Source: Eledone cirrhosa (taxonomy: Eukaryota). Taken from it: DNA of 64,000 nt. The DNA is taken from the NCBI GenBank assembly GCA_964016885.1, contig OZ024746.1, forward strand, positions 58,962,001-59,026,000. Reading direction: 5' to 3'. Numbering within the stretch: the stretch's first letter is position 1; every line of letters begins with the position of its first letter. The notes below the pieces were generated by a model, which saw only the letters and a program-made list of their open reading frames with translations, searched no databases and was not told the origin of the DNA. A program made the translations under genes and the position numbers. This document shows positions 26,343 to 42,411 of this stretch, piece after piece.

Positions 26343-27589
26343 ATATTACGAGTCAATATAAATGTACGTGGCCTGGGATGGCTTTGGAAGCCTTGCAATA
26401 TACTGATCGACCTCAGGCCACTAGAGTAAGATATGTTGTGCATTAGCGAAACTAGAATTTCCGAGTTATAAACCTTCACACCTATCTTCGGCAGATACGA
26501 CATGTACACATCTTTAAATCCGGATGCAGAATCGCTTTGTTGTTTCGGGAATCTCACGACACGTAACACTCTGTTAGATCCATTGTGACCCACGTACCAT
26601 AAATGAGATAAGTCATTGACCGGACAGATACTGATCATCGACTCTCTTTCAAGCTCCACACTTTTCTTCTCATTTGTCACACTTTTTTCAGTCTCATGAT
26701 GTCCGCCCTCAGCTGTGATCACTATAGATATATCTCTCCTTATTTTTGTTCGAGAAACCGTCTCTAGAAGGGATTTTAAACAACCCAAACGGGCCCTCAA
26801 ACCTTAAAATTGAGATGGTTTATTCTGTACTGGACACCAACTCAGTAATCTATACTCCACAGCATTATTCTTAATGTTCTTCCTTATATGTTTCCTTTGC
26901 TATGTATATGTTGTTTTTTCCTATTGCTGCTGTTGCTCCTGTTATTGTTGACGCCATTTTTACTACTGCCATTATCATATATGTTGTTACTACTGTCGTA
27001 TTAACTGGTGTTGTTTCATTTATTAAAGATTTCTTTTGTTACAGTGAGGGCGACTGTTGATTTGTTGCAGTTGTTGTTACTCGACTAATCATTGCTGGTA
27101 GTATTAACGACAGTTGTCTATGTGCTTGAGTGTTTTTTTTTTTTTTGTGCTGGAGTAGTGGCATCGGTAGTAGTGGAGTAATTGTGGTGGCGTTGACAGA
27201 GTTGTAATTATAGAATAGTGATAGTTGTTGTTATTGCTATTTTTGTGTTTTCTCTCGGTTAAGTTCCGTAGCCATAACAACAGGTTATTGTCTTTGGTGT
27301 GATCTGTTTTCTGTAGCCATACGACTAATTCCATCTTGTTGTTAAATGCTACTAGCATATCGTAGGCAAGTTGACATCTGACTTCTGCCTTCTCCTCAAA
27401 TTTCAAACTTGTAATGTTTAAATTTTCGGGGAGTTAGGAAAAGATAAAATTTGGAATGGCCCTCAACTTTCTGTTCCATGTGAAAAATACAGGTGGTTTT
27501 TACAACCCTTGGCTGGTCCCAGGCGGAAGCTAATGATGTTGTTTTTTGGCCGATCGCGGTCGGTGTAAATATAAAAAAATGGACAAAAT

Positions 27590-27870
27590 CTTACCCCGAA
27601 TAAAATAAAGTACCAGTAAATGTACCGGGAAATTGCTGGCCTCGTGTCAAAGTAGAAACAATTATCAATATTATTGTGTATTGGCAGTATCAATAAAGGG
27701 TCGGACGCCATGCTTTGCCGCATAGAGTTACGACCCTTGCCATTCTAAGTTCAAATCCCGCCGAGGTTAACTTTGCCTTTCATCCTTACGGGGTCGATAA
27801 AATAAAGTACCAGTAATGCACTGATTATTGCTGGCATTGTGCCAAAATTAGAGGTAATTATTATTATTAT
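27590..27870 (+). mobile_element. Two tandem SINE family A copies (first one partial)
   Basis: Shared taaaataaagtaccagtaa..gctggc..gtagaaacaatt. Confidence 0.8.
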
Positions 27871-28463
27871 CAAATCCTCTGACTATGGAGATCTCTCTCT
27901 CTCTCTCTCTCACTCTCTCTCTCTCTCTCTTCCCGCCACTCATGTAGTGTCGGATTTTTGGCCTCATGACACAAATAACCTTTTCAATATCTTTCCGTTT
28001 TTTTTTTTCTCGGATCGGAGTTGATTGAATGGAAGGGAAACCACACAACATTGAGATGAGATGAGGTGAGGAGATGAGATGAGGTGTGTGAAGACGGGAT
28101 ACATACATCTCTATAATTGAAAATTCCTGGGGCGTCATATAGATATAAGTTTGCAATATAACAGTTTAACGTCATAAAATTATATGCAATCAAACGGCTG
28201 AAGAATTTCAAAGGATTCCTGAGACTCTGTTGACTCCAAATAGCAATTAGGAAATTATATAGATGTCGATGTTAACTACGATACAATGAAGAAACATCGA
28301 AACGTTATATCGCTTTGTATAGTACATAATATATAGTGTGTTGTTGTAGTGGCTTTCTGGTACACTTTAGGTCAATATTGTCATCACCCTTCATATCTAT
28401 TTCACTGTGTATATATATATGTGCGCGTTTGTGTTTGTGTGTATGTGTGTGTATGTGTATGTG

Positions 28464-28505
<42 letters not shown>

Positions 28506-28531
28506 GAGAGATAGATAGATACATATACGTG

Positions 28532-28598
<67 letters not shown>

Positions 28599-28663
28599 TA
28601 GTGTGTGTTTGAGTGTGCGTATGTGTGTATGTGTATATCTGTGTCTGTATATATACATACATG

Positions 28664-28698
<35 letters not shown>

Positions 28699-28787
28699 TG
28701 AGAGAGGGAAGAATACATATACGCATATATATATATATGTCTGTATCTTTACATATATATATAAGCATACGTAAACATACATACACG

Positions 28788-28819
<32 letters not shown>

Positions 28820-29094
28820 CATATAGGGGCGTTATGTCGTTATGTATTCATGTGTAATCTGTTATCCCACAACGAAGAATCGCAATCATTAAATATCGAT
28901 CGACGCGATTTGCTGTTGATTGATTCAACTTAGGTATGTTGTTTGTATAAAAGCATCACTGACTGATAAGCAACATCAGAGGGGAAATGGAACATACATA
29001 TATATATGTGTGTATATATATACATACTTAAATATATATATTTATGTAAATATATATGTATATATATAAATATATAAATATATATATATATATG

Positions 29095-29246
<152 letters not shown>

Positions 29247-29358
29247 GATATATAAATATATGTATGTAAAGGGTAAACAGAAATAACAACACAATCGGTA
29301 CAGTACATGGAAGGTATATATAGATATATATGTATGTATGTATATGTGTATATATATG

Positions 29359-29389
<31 letters not shown>

Positions 29390-30420
29390 CACGCTAAATT
29401 AACGGACCCATAGACTCTCGCTATTCCCTGTCAATAATGTGCTCAAAATAGAAGGAATCCTGAGCTCTTTAAAATACAATATGTTGAAAAGGTAACACAA
29501 TAGAGAGAGATAGTGCGCCATCAATAACACGGAAAAAGCCACCAGTGTATGGAATTCATAACCTATGAAAGGCAGAGTAGACACACCATAATTAAAAATA
29601 TAAATTAAAGTGTATATACAAACCTCTATAACTATATAACGTACAACTCCAAAGAGATCTGTTTCGCCAATAAGTTGTTGGGAGAAATGAAATAGCCCAT
29701 GGTTCATCAGCGTGTGTATGGCTATACATTTCAGACAACTCTAAGAGAATTTAAAGCGACCGTTCAGCTCCACGTGGGAGAGAGAAGTCACAGCGTGTTT
29801 AGGGCATGAACCAGTGGCTTCTGAGGGATGAGCTGCTAGAAAGGACAGCCCAAAACCACTCAGAGAAGTGTGCTCAACAAACAGAGAAAGAGATAGGAAA
29901 GACTGTTATAAGGAGCGAAATATCACGATAGATTAACGCAGCCATAGACTCTCGCTATTTCCTGTCAATAATGTGCTCAAAGGAGAAGGAATCTTGAGCT
30001 CTTTAAAATACAATATGTTGAAAAGGTTACACAGTAGAGAGAGATAGTGCGCCATCAATAAAACAGGGAAAAAACCACCAGTATGGAATCTATAACCTAT
30101 GAAAGGCAGAGTAGACACACGATAATTAAAAATATAAATTAAAGTGTAAATACATACCTCTATAACTATATAACACACACGTACACATCCTTTGAGCACA
30201 TTATTGACAGGGAACAGCGCGAGTCTATGGCTCCGTTAATTTATCGTAATATTTCGCTCCTTATAACAGTCTTTCCTCTCTCTCTGTTTGGTTGAGCACA
30301 CTTCTGTGAGTGGATTTGGGCTGGTTATAGATTCCATACACTGGTGCTTTTTTCCCTGTTTTATTGATGGCGCACTATCTCTCTCTAGTGTGTTACCTTT
30401 TCAACATATTGTATTTTATA
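29390..30420 (-). mobile_element. HHR-bearing family F5: about 534-bp tandem unit plus inverted pieces
   Basis: ttaacg..catagactctcgctat at 29399 and 29933; 30191-30420 are inverted copies of internal parts; fold-back relative at 51570-51850. Confidence 0.82.
29639..29716 (-). ncRNA. Type I hammerhead ribozyme (F5)
   Basis: Reverse complement: cacacg CTGATGA accatggg..cccaacaacttattggc GAAAC agatctctttggagtt GTA cgt; the second copy supplies stem I as cgtgtgtg. Confidence 0.72.
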
Positions 30421-30425
30421 TATTT

Positions 30426-30472
<47 letters not shown>

Positions 30473-31020
30473 TGTATATATATATATATATATACACATT
30501 TATATATATATATATAAATATATATATATATAGCATGCATACATACATATATTAATACATACAGTGAGAAGTGCGCTAGCAGGCGATGTTTATGATAAAT
30601 TTGTATTTGAACAATTACAGTGTGTAACCAACATTGCACCAACGTGTATAAATATATAATATATATAAAATATATACACATATCTAATGTGTAGGCCTGT
30701 ACATTGAATAAATGATAAACATTTTTAATCGAATTTCGCAAGTTATTGGACCTTCATCAAAAGATGTGGATACCATTCAATCAACTGCAAAGAAATATTT
30801 ACTTGATGGGTATATAACCCATTTGCTCTTAGTATTATTCTGAGAAGATTGCATATAGCATTGGCTTTGGTGATTAATTAAGATATATAGCGAGAAGTGA
30901 CCTAGGAGCAGAGGTGTAAGATAAAGTTATATTTTTATAAATATCGAGTCTGTAACCGAAACTGCACCAATGTGTATATTAGTATATCCATAAATTAAGT
31001 TTAAGAAGTGCTTTTTTATC

Positions 31021-31427
31021 ATAATAATTGTTTCTACTTTTGGCACAAGGTCAGCTATTATCCAGTGCATTACTGGTACTTTATTTTATTGACCCCCGTA
31101 AAGATGAAGTTAACCTCGGCAAAGTGAACCTCGGCGGGATTTAAACTCAGATCATAAAGGGACATAACTATATGCTGCAAAGTATTGCGTCTGACCCTCT
31201 ACCGATACTGCCAATACACCATCATAATAATGGTTTCTGCAATTTTAGAGGAAGGGGAAAGTCGATTAAATCGACCCCAGTGCGTGGCTGGTTCATTATT
31301 TTATCGACCCTGTAAGGATGAAATCAAAGTTAACCCCGGCGGGATTTGAACTCAGATCATAAAGGGCCGTAACTCTATGATGCAAAGCATTGCGCCCGAC
31401 TCTCTACCGATTCTGCCAATCCACCAC
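31021..31427 (-). mobile_element. Two tandem SINE family A copies
   Basis: Both carry A/B boxes and the Nin-like domain. Confidence 0.85.
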
Positions 31428-32131
31428 CCAACACACACGCACACAATAATAAGAGCAGAATTATGCGCCGGCTTTTGATATAGAAAAATGTTAAAAATTC
31501 GGGCAAGTTTGCGTTTACAAACAAATACATATACAAACACACACACATGTGCAAACTCACACATGCACACACACAGAGAAAGAGAGAGGGGGAGAGAGTG
31601 ATAAAAAACAGAGAAAAACAGAGAGAGTGAGGGGGAGAATCTCCAGCACCACCAGTACCTACTGCAGCAATACTAGTCCAGTGAAACTAATCATGAAATC
31701 AGACATTTTCAAAGTGGAATTGGTCAATATGTAAACACTATTAGTATTATTAATAATACTACTGGAATATATGTTAAATCTGCTTTCCTTTTTCACCTCT
31801 TCTAAGATAAGTGGAGGGACGATATGTTGGGTGTGATGTAGGAAGAGAAAGAGGAGTAGTCGAATGGGAGTGAAGTGGGGGTGAAGTGGGGGTGGAGTGG
31901 GGGTAGTGAGATGAGGAGAACCAGCAGAAAGTCGGTTGAGACTATATTTTCGAAACGTGATTAACGGACAGTGACAAATACAAACAGACGCTGTAATAAT
32001 GCATAACAAACAATACATCTACAGAAATTACTGTGTGATCCAATCAGCTTAATAGGTTTTTAAAACTTTGTGGGACGGTGTAAGTTTCCAACTTTCAGTT
32101 TTGCTTCCTCACTAATTCACTTTCTCCTCCA

Positions 32132-32259
<128 letters not shown>

Positions 32260-32293
32260 AGACATATGCATGGAAACACACACATATAAATAC

Positions 32294-32374
<81 letters not shown>

Positions 32375-32382
32375 TATAAATG

Positions 32383-32413
<31 letters not shown>

Positions 32414-32473
32414 TATATGTATATTAATACATTATAAACATACATAAATATATATATATATACATAATATATA

Positions 32474-32564
<91 letters not shown>

Positions 32565-32953
32565 TTGTGTCCATCTATCATCTATTTCAGTTCATTCTGT
32601 GCTCGATTCATCTGCGATGGCGGCTGACGGTCAAACACCAGCTGTGTATGTTATGTCAATAAGCGATATGTTTACACATTGTTACCTCACTCTGCAGCAC
32701 TTTGTATCAATCCGTTCTGATCTGCGCTTTTTCTCCCCCTCTCACTTCCTCTGTCTCCCACTCTTTCCTTCTCCCCCCCCCCCCCCCCCCCACTCTTTCT
32801 CTCTCTCCCTGTCTCTCCCACACTCACCCCTGTCTCCCTATATCTCTCACCCCCCGCCCCCTCTTATACTACTCATCTAGGCACATATCCATCGACTTTA
32901 TGTTTTTACGATTCTCACTGCGTCAACCTTGTAAGCTGAAAATTGAAAAGTAG

Positions 32954-33015
<62 letters not shown>

Positions 33016-33368
33016 GTCTATAGAATCATAAATGTATTCTATTTTCTCCTATTTTATTTTACACCTAATTCTGTTTAATTGACTGTATTTGGGCGATTAT
33101 GCTGTCGAAATATTCGATAAATATTCCGTTGCGGCCGACGCGAAGGGCTAGTTTCGGTTATTTGTTGGAGATTTCTTCATAGAAGCCTCATTCTTATAGC
33201 CTGGTCTATTCGATTCTTTATATAGTTAATTATGCTAATTGGGAGAGGAAATGGTATATATGTTATCTTGTGATTCTATAGACATGTTTTATGATATATA
33301 GCTCTGATTGTTTGATTTAGTAAATTTTCATTGATCCACAAAGTGACCCGTTGCAAAACACGTATATG

Positions 33369-33440
<72 letters not shown>

Positions 33441-34221
33441 TATATGTATGTATGTATAAATATATATATATATGTATATGAATGTGTGTGTATGTGTTTA
33501 TGCGTGTGTGTTAGTGTGTGTAAGTGTGTGTATGATGTGTGTGCAGTTTGTATCGGGTCGTCAAGTATGAAATTTGTAGAAATGTGGTTTTTTTCTAGAA
33601 ATTTCTAGAAATTTCATAATTGATGACCCAATAAAAACACGACTCTGCTCTAACTTTGTAATTTTTATTACGATTTCTGGTATTTCTTTATTAGAGTTTA
33701 TATTCAGTTTATGGTTCCTAAATATGTGCGTGTATTAAGGTTTCGAAGCCTTTAAGGCTCCATTTTTTAATAAGAATAGTCATACTAGTAGCGTACTGGA
33801 GAGGTGTTGATAGTTGTCGTAAGGTATCACAGGAGAGATAGGAAATTGTAAAATCCTAGTTCATAATTATGAAATAAATGTTAAGCCCGTGATCAATACA
33901 CTATTAGTATGACCATTCTTATTCTGAGAGTGGAGCCTTAAGGGCTACAGCTCTAAATAGAAATGATACGAAAAACCCTTAATAAAAGAGATCACACTGA
34001 GACAGAGTCGTGTTTTCAATACTTGTTTGAACTGAAAACTGTTCTTTACTTATGCAAATACAGTGTCTTAGCTTTTTACGCGAAGATGCGTTCATAACTC
34101 TATTTTCCTTTTAATGTGTTATTGTTTCCTGAGATTCATCTTAACCTACAACATTTTCAACATATGGATTACATTGAGTTCTTCATACAGAATAGACCCC
34201 ACAATTTACAGTGGATACTTC

Positions 34222-34256
<35 letters not shown>

Positions 34257-34261
<5 letters not shown>

Positions 34262-34447
34262 AACAAGTATGACCCCAACGACAGAGCTCAGGCCGTTTCG
34301 ACGGCTATTTGAGTCCAGAAATAGCCGTCGAAACGGCTTGAGCTCTGCCGTCGGGGTCATAATTTTTTCTATTTCCCACTCTACTACCCTAAGTATTAAG
34401 TACTCTGGTGCGTTATGGTCCATCTGGTTCCTTACCAAAATTCCTTT
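34257..34447. mobile_element. Fold-back family F1, copy 3 (opposite orientation)
   Basis: gaccccaacgacagagctcaggccgtttcgacggcta..tagccgtcgaaacggcttgagctctgccgtcggggtc. Confidence 0.8.
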
Positions 34448-34461
34448 GTTATATATATATA

Positions 34462-35490
34462 TATTGTTATACTTGGGGAGGGTCATATTTGTGTAATAAT
34501 ATTGCCAGAATTAATAACAGAACACACTCACTGTTTGCTTGGTTTTCGCTTCTGTGTCCTTTATATCGGTTAATTTAATTTATTCGGTCTTCAATGTTAC
34601 CATTGACTGACGAACGGTCAAAAATACAGATACAATATAGACAAAAACACATATATATAGTCTAACAAAGTTCTTTCGTTGCACATCTGCAACATCATCA
34701 GTGGTGCTATTATGTTTCCTCCCGTTGCATTGTATGCCTATGCCATCTTTATTTAGTCTGTTTATTTATGAATTTATTTGTTTATTTGTTTGTCTTCTCT
34801 GCGCATGCGTTTGCGTGTGTGTATAGTGTTTTGTTTGATGGGTGTTCGTGTTTGGGTTACTGTGTATTGGTTAATGTATTCTATCTTCACTAGTGTGTGT
34901 GTTTATATGTGTTTGTTGTTATTGTGCTTGTGTATGTATTTATTTATTTATCTATTTATTTATTTATACTTCTGTTAGGTTAGTGTTGTTTGTTTGGGTG
35001 TTGTTGTTATTCCATTCATTTTTTCTGTTTAGCCTTGGCTTTCTAAGTTCTATTTCGCTGGCCTCTCTGATTTGCCTATCTGCTGGGTCATTTCTATGTT
35101 TAGATATTATTCTAATTTCTATGTTGTCTATGTTACCGTCCTGTTGTTGTCTGGCATGTTCGTATAGTACTGAACCGTTTTTTAGTCCTTTTAGTTTCCC
35201 CCAGTGTTGGTCTATCCTTTCACCTATGCTACGAGCTGTCTCGCCTATGTATGTTGTTGTCATGTTTCTGCAAGTACCCTTATGCTATAGACTACGTTTC
35301 TAGTGTTACAGTTTATCCGGGGGTTTACTTTACATATGATACATTTCCTATTAGTACAGTGGGTTTTCTTAAAAGGGCAGTGAGTGTGTTCTGTTATTAA
35401 TTCTGGCAATATTATTACACAAATATGACCCTCCACAAGTATAACAATATTTGTTTCGACACACGATTTCATATCAAAAACCTTGCAAAA
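34462..35490 (-). mobile_element. PLE fragment: GIY-YIG domain (34964-35375), 3' UTR with degenerate HHR (34665-34704), and inverted 3' end at 35378-35490
   Basis: CIICKVNPRINCNTRNVVYSI / YIGETARSIGERIDQH..RQIREASEIELRKPRLNRKNEW; 34462-34532 is the reverse complement of 35378-35450; core CTGATGA t gttgca-gatg-tgcaac GAAA gaac TT. Confidence 0.87.
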
Positions 35491-35582
35491 CTATATATAT
35501 ACATATATATACATATATACATTAGAAAGAAAGTTTTTTTACAAAATGGAAAATAACCGAGGTGTCCTACACGAGTGAAACT

Positions 35583-36405
35583 ATAAGGAAAAAAGATGAA
35601 ATAGAAAATGCAGCTGGAGTCATTTTTTTTTAAATATATATTTATTTGGTTCCTTTACCGCTTTCGCAGTTATTTTGCTTTTCAAAAGTAGAATTGAGAT
35701 GGAGGGTCAGTGGTTTTTCTCACATCTGGTTGGTCTTTGAATGTTACTTGTTTTATATGGAAAAAGGTGGCTCTATATTCAAATATATAGACCAGCATTA
35801 AATATAGTTTAATATACATTATGTCAACACCATAAGATGCTAACCATCCAAACAGACATGCATACACACACATAACACTTACTTTAGAAAATAAAAACCA
35901 GAACTAAATAAACCTTAGCATGCGTTAATACTCTAACACCTTAACATGCTAACCACACCCCCTCACGCACATAACTCCCTCCCCCATTTCTACTAACGGA
36001 ATCATTTTCCTACACACATACACACACAAAAAATATATATATATATATATTCTCTCCATCTTAACATGCTAATCATACTCCTACACACACATACACACAC
36101 TCACATAACACCCATACACACACATATAACTCCCACAGACACACACACAACTCCCTCCCCCATATCTACTAATAGAATCACTTTCCTTCACACACACACA
36201 AAATATATATATTCTCTCCATCTTAATATGCTAACCATACTCCCACACACACATACACACACATAACACACACACACAAAATATATATACTCTCTCCATC
36301 TTAAAATGTTAACCATGCTCCCACATACACATGCACACACACACACATAACACCCATACACACACACACAACTCCCTCCCCCATTTCTACTAATAGAATG
36401 ATCTT

Positions 36406-36448
<43 letters not shown>

Positions 36449-37114
36449 ACACACGCACAAATAAACATACATATCTCTACTTTCTTTATTTCAATAGAAA
36501 GTCTGAATTCTGACACCCCAGCGCACCAGCCATATTCACTGAATCAGAACAATTCTCCCATCCCATTTCTTTTGACCATTATCTTTGGTTTGTCATAAAA
36601 TTCTCTAAAAGGCTACAAAATAAATTCCCAAATACAGGCGCGAAATTTAATGAACTTGTTCACGTGATAGTCATCATTTCATTTATAATCAATCAAATTA
36701 CATTTTTAAAAAAAGCCTTCGTGAGCCACTTTTTTTAAGTAAAAAGAAATTCAAACAAACTGGCGCGAAAGCTGATGTGCTTATTCACGTGACTGCATCA
36801 ACCAACCAAGCTTCACTTATATATGAAAAAACAACCTGAGCCCCCCTTTGTAACGCGAACTGGCGCGAAATTTATTATACTTATTCACCAACCAATCAAA
36901 TTACTTCTCTAAAAACCTGGCATTTCGAGTCACCTTTTTCCATATAAAACAAGTAACATTCAAAGACCAACAAGATGGGAGAAAAACCACAGACTCTCCA
37001 TCTCAACTCTACGTTTGAAAAGCAGAAGAACTGCGAAACCGGTAAAGGAACCAAATAAATATATATATTTTTTTAGAAAAAGACTCCAGTTGCATTTTCG
37101 ATTTCATCTTTTAT

Positions 37115-37120
<6 letters not shown>
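35583..37120 (+). mobile_element. PLE-like 3' UTR remnant with about 190-bp inverted ends, internal tandem repeats and a degenerate HHR (37012-37048)
   Basis: 35583-35773 is the reverse complement of 36928-37120; TTGAAAA gcag-aagaa-ctgc GAAAC cg GTA aagg. Confidence 0.65.
36637..36898. promoter_or_regulatory. Three repeats of an E2F-like site with E-box and CCAAT-like motifs (putative element promoter)
   Basis: GGCGCGAAA at 36637, 36762 and 36862; CACGTG at 36661 and 36786; CCAATCA at 36892. Confidence 0.45.
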
Positions 37121-38440
<1,320 letters not shown>

Positions 38441-38581
38441 TACAGTATATATATATATATATATTATAAGTTCATTAGATATAGATTGTTCGGTTTTAAA
38501 TTGAGATTTTAGTCTATTATCGGATATTTCATACTTAATGACCTAATGTGTATCGAGTTATATATGTATATGTGTGTATGC

Positions 38582-38661
<80 letters not shown>

Positions 38662-38676
38662 ATGTATATATATATA

Positions 38677-38707
<31 letters not shown>

Positions 38708-38763
38708 ATATATATATATATATACATATATATATACATATATATATACATATATATATATAC

Positions 38764-38809
<46 letters not shown>

Positions 38810-38863
38810 GTATATATATGTATATATATATACATATATATGTACATATATATATATATGTAC

Positions 38864-38937
<74 letters not shown>

Positions 38938-38954
38938 ACATATATATGTATACA

Positions 38955-39027
<73 letters not shown>

Positions 39028-39343
39028 TGTCACTATCAATTAATGAAAGTGGTTAAACAATGTTCTTATCAGCTCTGATGAAGTGATAGCAGTACTGAGG
39101 CAAATATTTAGTCTAAGAAGCCTTCGGGGAGTCACATTAAAGTACTACTTCTCGAGTTATATTAAAAACGCAACACATACTCACTCTTATAACTATTATA
39201 TTACTATGTATAAATATATATATATGTTTATGTGTGTGTGTGTGTTGGTCGGTGTATACACTTATATACACTTATATCTATATTGATATATATAAATATT
39301 TATATATGTAAATGTATACATATATAAACTTACACACACACAT

Positions 39344-39381
<38 letters not shown>

Positions 39382-39506
39382 AAAAGTAAACAAGACAAAG
39401 AGAAATTTATCGATTTAATATATATAGCAAAGAAGGTGTGGTAAGATACTAGGTGGACTATAACGCACCAGAGCCCTTGATACTTCGAGTAGTAGAGTGG
39501 GTAATA

Positions 39507-39542
<36 letters not shown>

Positions 39543-39701
39543 GATAACAAAATATTGTTATAGGTAATCCAGTTAGAGGTTGTGAATACTTCTTATTATG
39601 GATAGTTTTAGCTACGGCGTTGTTTGACTCAACAACAGGTTTACGTAGATGAGGAGTTTATGATTTCACTTGTATTCCTATGTAAGTTTATCTTGGAGTA
39701 A

Positions 39702-39963
39702 TAAAATTGAAAAGGTGTAGAATATCATGGTCTACAGTACAAAAAAGGGGATTTATTTACAGTCTAACAATTGAACAATTGTTTTTCTGATAAAGTTGTC
39801 TAAAAATTGCTGATCGAGCTAGCATCGTATTTAAAATTGAATAGCACTGCTTCTAGTGTTTAGCAATTTTTAGACAACTTTATCAGAGAAACAATTGTTT
39901 GACTGTAAATAAATCACCTTTTTTGTACTGTTGACCATGTTATTCTCCACTTTTTCAATTTCA
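39702..39963. mobile_element. Fold-back element with half-hammerhead arms
   Basis: Inverted arms around 39810-39860; ...ttatcaga GAAAC aatt GTT tgactg. Confidence 0.7.
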
Positions 39964-40039
39964 TATATATATATATATATAAACAAGCAAATTATAAACG
40001 TAAACATGTAAGTATGTTTTTGAAACGGTGCGCGAGTTT

Positions 40040-40207
40040 TGAAATTAGAAATTGGAAAATATAAGCTTTCACCGTATTTTAGACTAAAGAAATGGCAACA
40101 CTCATCTTTTTCCATTTCTCCGAGGGTTATAAACCCCACTATCAGGCTAGAAATTTCTTTAGTCTAAAATACGGTGAAAGCTTATATTTTCCAATTTCTA
40201 ATTTCAT
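40040..40207. mobile_element. Fold-back element with half-hammerhead-like arms
   Basis: Perfect arms of about 52 bp; ...aaaatacggt GAAA gc TT atattttcc. Confidence 0.65.
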
Positions 40208-40272
40208 ATATATATATATATATATGGAAAAGTAAACAACACAAAGAAAAATTTACCTATTTAATATATATA

Positions 40273-41072
40273 CTAGCCCAATTACCCGCGCCTTGCTGCG
40301 TTTCTCACATTTTTTTTTTTTTCTGTAAGAAAATGATAATTGATTTTAAATCAGTGATATAATTTATGGAGAAAATCTCTGCATTTCAATATTACTCAAT
40401 GTAAAATGTATTGCATGAAAAATGGAAAACATTATTTTTTGTAATATATCAAATCAAAATTACATTATTAAATCTTATTCTTATTTTGTTTCTTGTAAAT
40501 ATTTATTTCAAAATATCAATTCAAATCTTTTGTGAATAGTCATCATATGTTGTCATTTACCTATGGTTTAATTTTCATATAAATCGAAGGGAAAACATTT
40601 TCAGCGGTGGTTTGTGCTCCCAGGCAACCCTAATAGGGAGTTTAACCCCCCATTACGGTGTCTTAATATTATTGAAATTTGCTGAAATTTTGTGAATATG
40701 CATCATATCTTGTCATTTACCTATCGTTTAAATTTCATATAAATCGAAAGGAAAACATTTGCAGCGGTGGTTTGTGCTCCCGGACAACCCTAATAGGGAG
40801 TTTAACCCCCATTACGGTATCTTCATATTATTGAAATTTGCTGAAATTTTGTGAATATGCATCATATCTTGTCATTTACCTATCGTTTAAATTTCATATA
40901 AATGGAAGCGAAAATATTTTCAGCGGGGAACCCTTTCATTAAAATGAAATATACTTATCCAAGCACCCTGGGCAACATACTTTCAGAATATATATGGTTA
41001 TGGCGGTCTATCTCCAAAACCATAGGAGGAGTTCGTGAGGAAAGAAACAAAGAGACAGACCAGGAACAACAA

Positions 41073-41078
<6 letters not shown>
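40273..41078 (-). mobile_element. Helitron-like element with an internal about 160-bp tandem repeat (2.5 units, 40530-40930)
   Basis: Minus-strand 3' end cgcagcaaggcgcg..gggCTAG|t; repeat unit tgtgaata..catcatat..cagcggtggtttgtgctccc; 5' end approximate. Confidence 0.55.
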
Positions 41079-41503
<425 letters not shown>

Positions 41504-41728
41504 CGTGTGTGTGTGTTTGTGTATGTAATAATACAAGGACGAATGGTTACTCCTTCATTACGTTTATTGTTTGGTGATGCGCGTTTGGCTTCTGATCAGC
41601 TCAAGGTTGGATCTGTATTGATCTGGCCCGACTCTGGAATCAAAAGCACGTCGGACCTCTTTAGTAGTAATGACAGAATGAATATTCCAACCCACCCGTC
41701 CCCTCAATCTATTTTATTTCCCATTCTT

Positions 41729-41764
41729 CCTTCTGATGAAGGTTTAGCGTCCGAAACGTTAAGA
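41729..41764 (+). ncRNA. Minimal hammerhead ribozyme (PLE-type, palindromic AACGUU)
   Basis: cctt CTGATGA aggtttagcgtcc GAAAC GTT aaga. Confidence 0.75.
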
Positions 41765-41899
41765 CCCTTTTCCTGCTATATCAAGCGTTGACCTAATATA
41801 TACCTTCCATATACTGTACCGATTGTGTTGTTATTTCTGTTCACCTTTTACACACACACACACATATATATATATATTTTTTTTTTGGGGGGGGGGGAT

Positions 41900-42371
41900 T
41901 TAATGCTCTGAAATAGCGATATATATGTGAAGACAAACATAGAATATTCGAAAATATTCTGTATGTTTATAATAAACATTTTGAAGACCTAATCGCTATA
42001 GAATAGAATACGTCACGTATTACAATTTGAGATTCTCGATAAAAGCAAGGGAAGTAACCTACGCGTTTCATTCTTATTAGAAATCATCAGGATTACATAT
42101 CCAATGCTTTTATCGAGAATGACATAGCTAGAGACTTATAGAATACTTAGCTGTGTACAGGAACTGTCTCTAGCTATGTCATTCTCGATAAAAGCATTGG
42201 ATATGTAATCCTGATGATTTCTAATAAGAATGAAACGCGTAGGTTACTTCCCTTGCTTTTATCGAGAATCTCAAATTGTAATACGTGACGTATTCTATTC
42301 TATAGCGATTAGGTCTTCAAAATGTTTATTATAAACATACAGAATATTTTCGAATATTCTATGTTTGTCTT

Positions 42372-42377
<6 letters not shown>
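41900..42377. mobile_element. Family F3 fold-back copy with hammerheads on both strands (42054-42096 minus; 42205-42247 plus)
   Basis: Near-perfect palindrome; gtaatc CTGATGA tttctaataagaat GAAAC gc GTA ggttac. Confidence 0.9.

Positions 42378-42411
<34 letters not shown>

Noticed and set aside
26324-26800. 158-aa minus-strand ORF as a host gene
   Set aside because: No recognisable domain; another frame has stop-interrupted RRKVWSLKE reminiscent of a decayed LINE, but this is too weak to call
30721-30766. Possible minus-strand hammerhead (TTGATGA...GAAATTCGATTA)
   Set aside because: Core mismatch and weak stems II and III; cannot be separated from chance without a family consensus
39075-39110. 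CTGATGA as a hammerhead core
   Set aside because: No stem II-GAAA-NUH downstream
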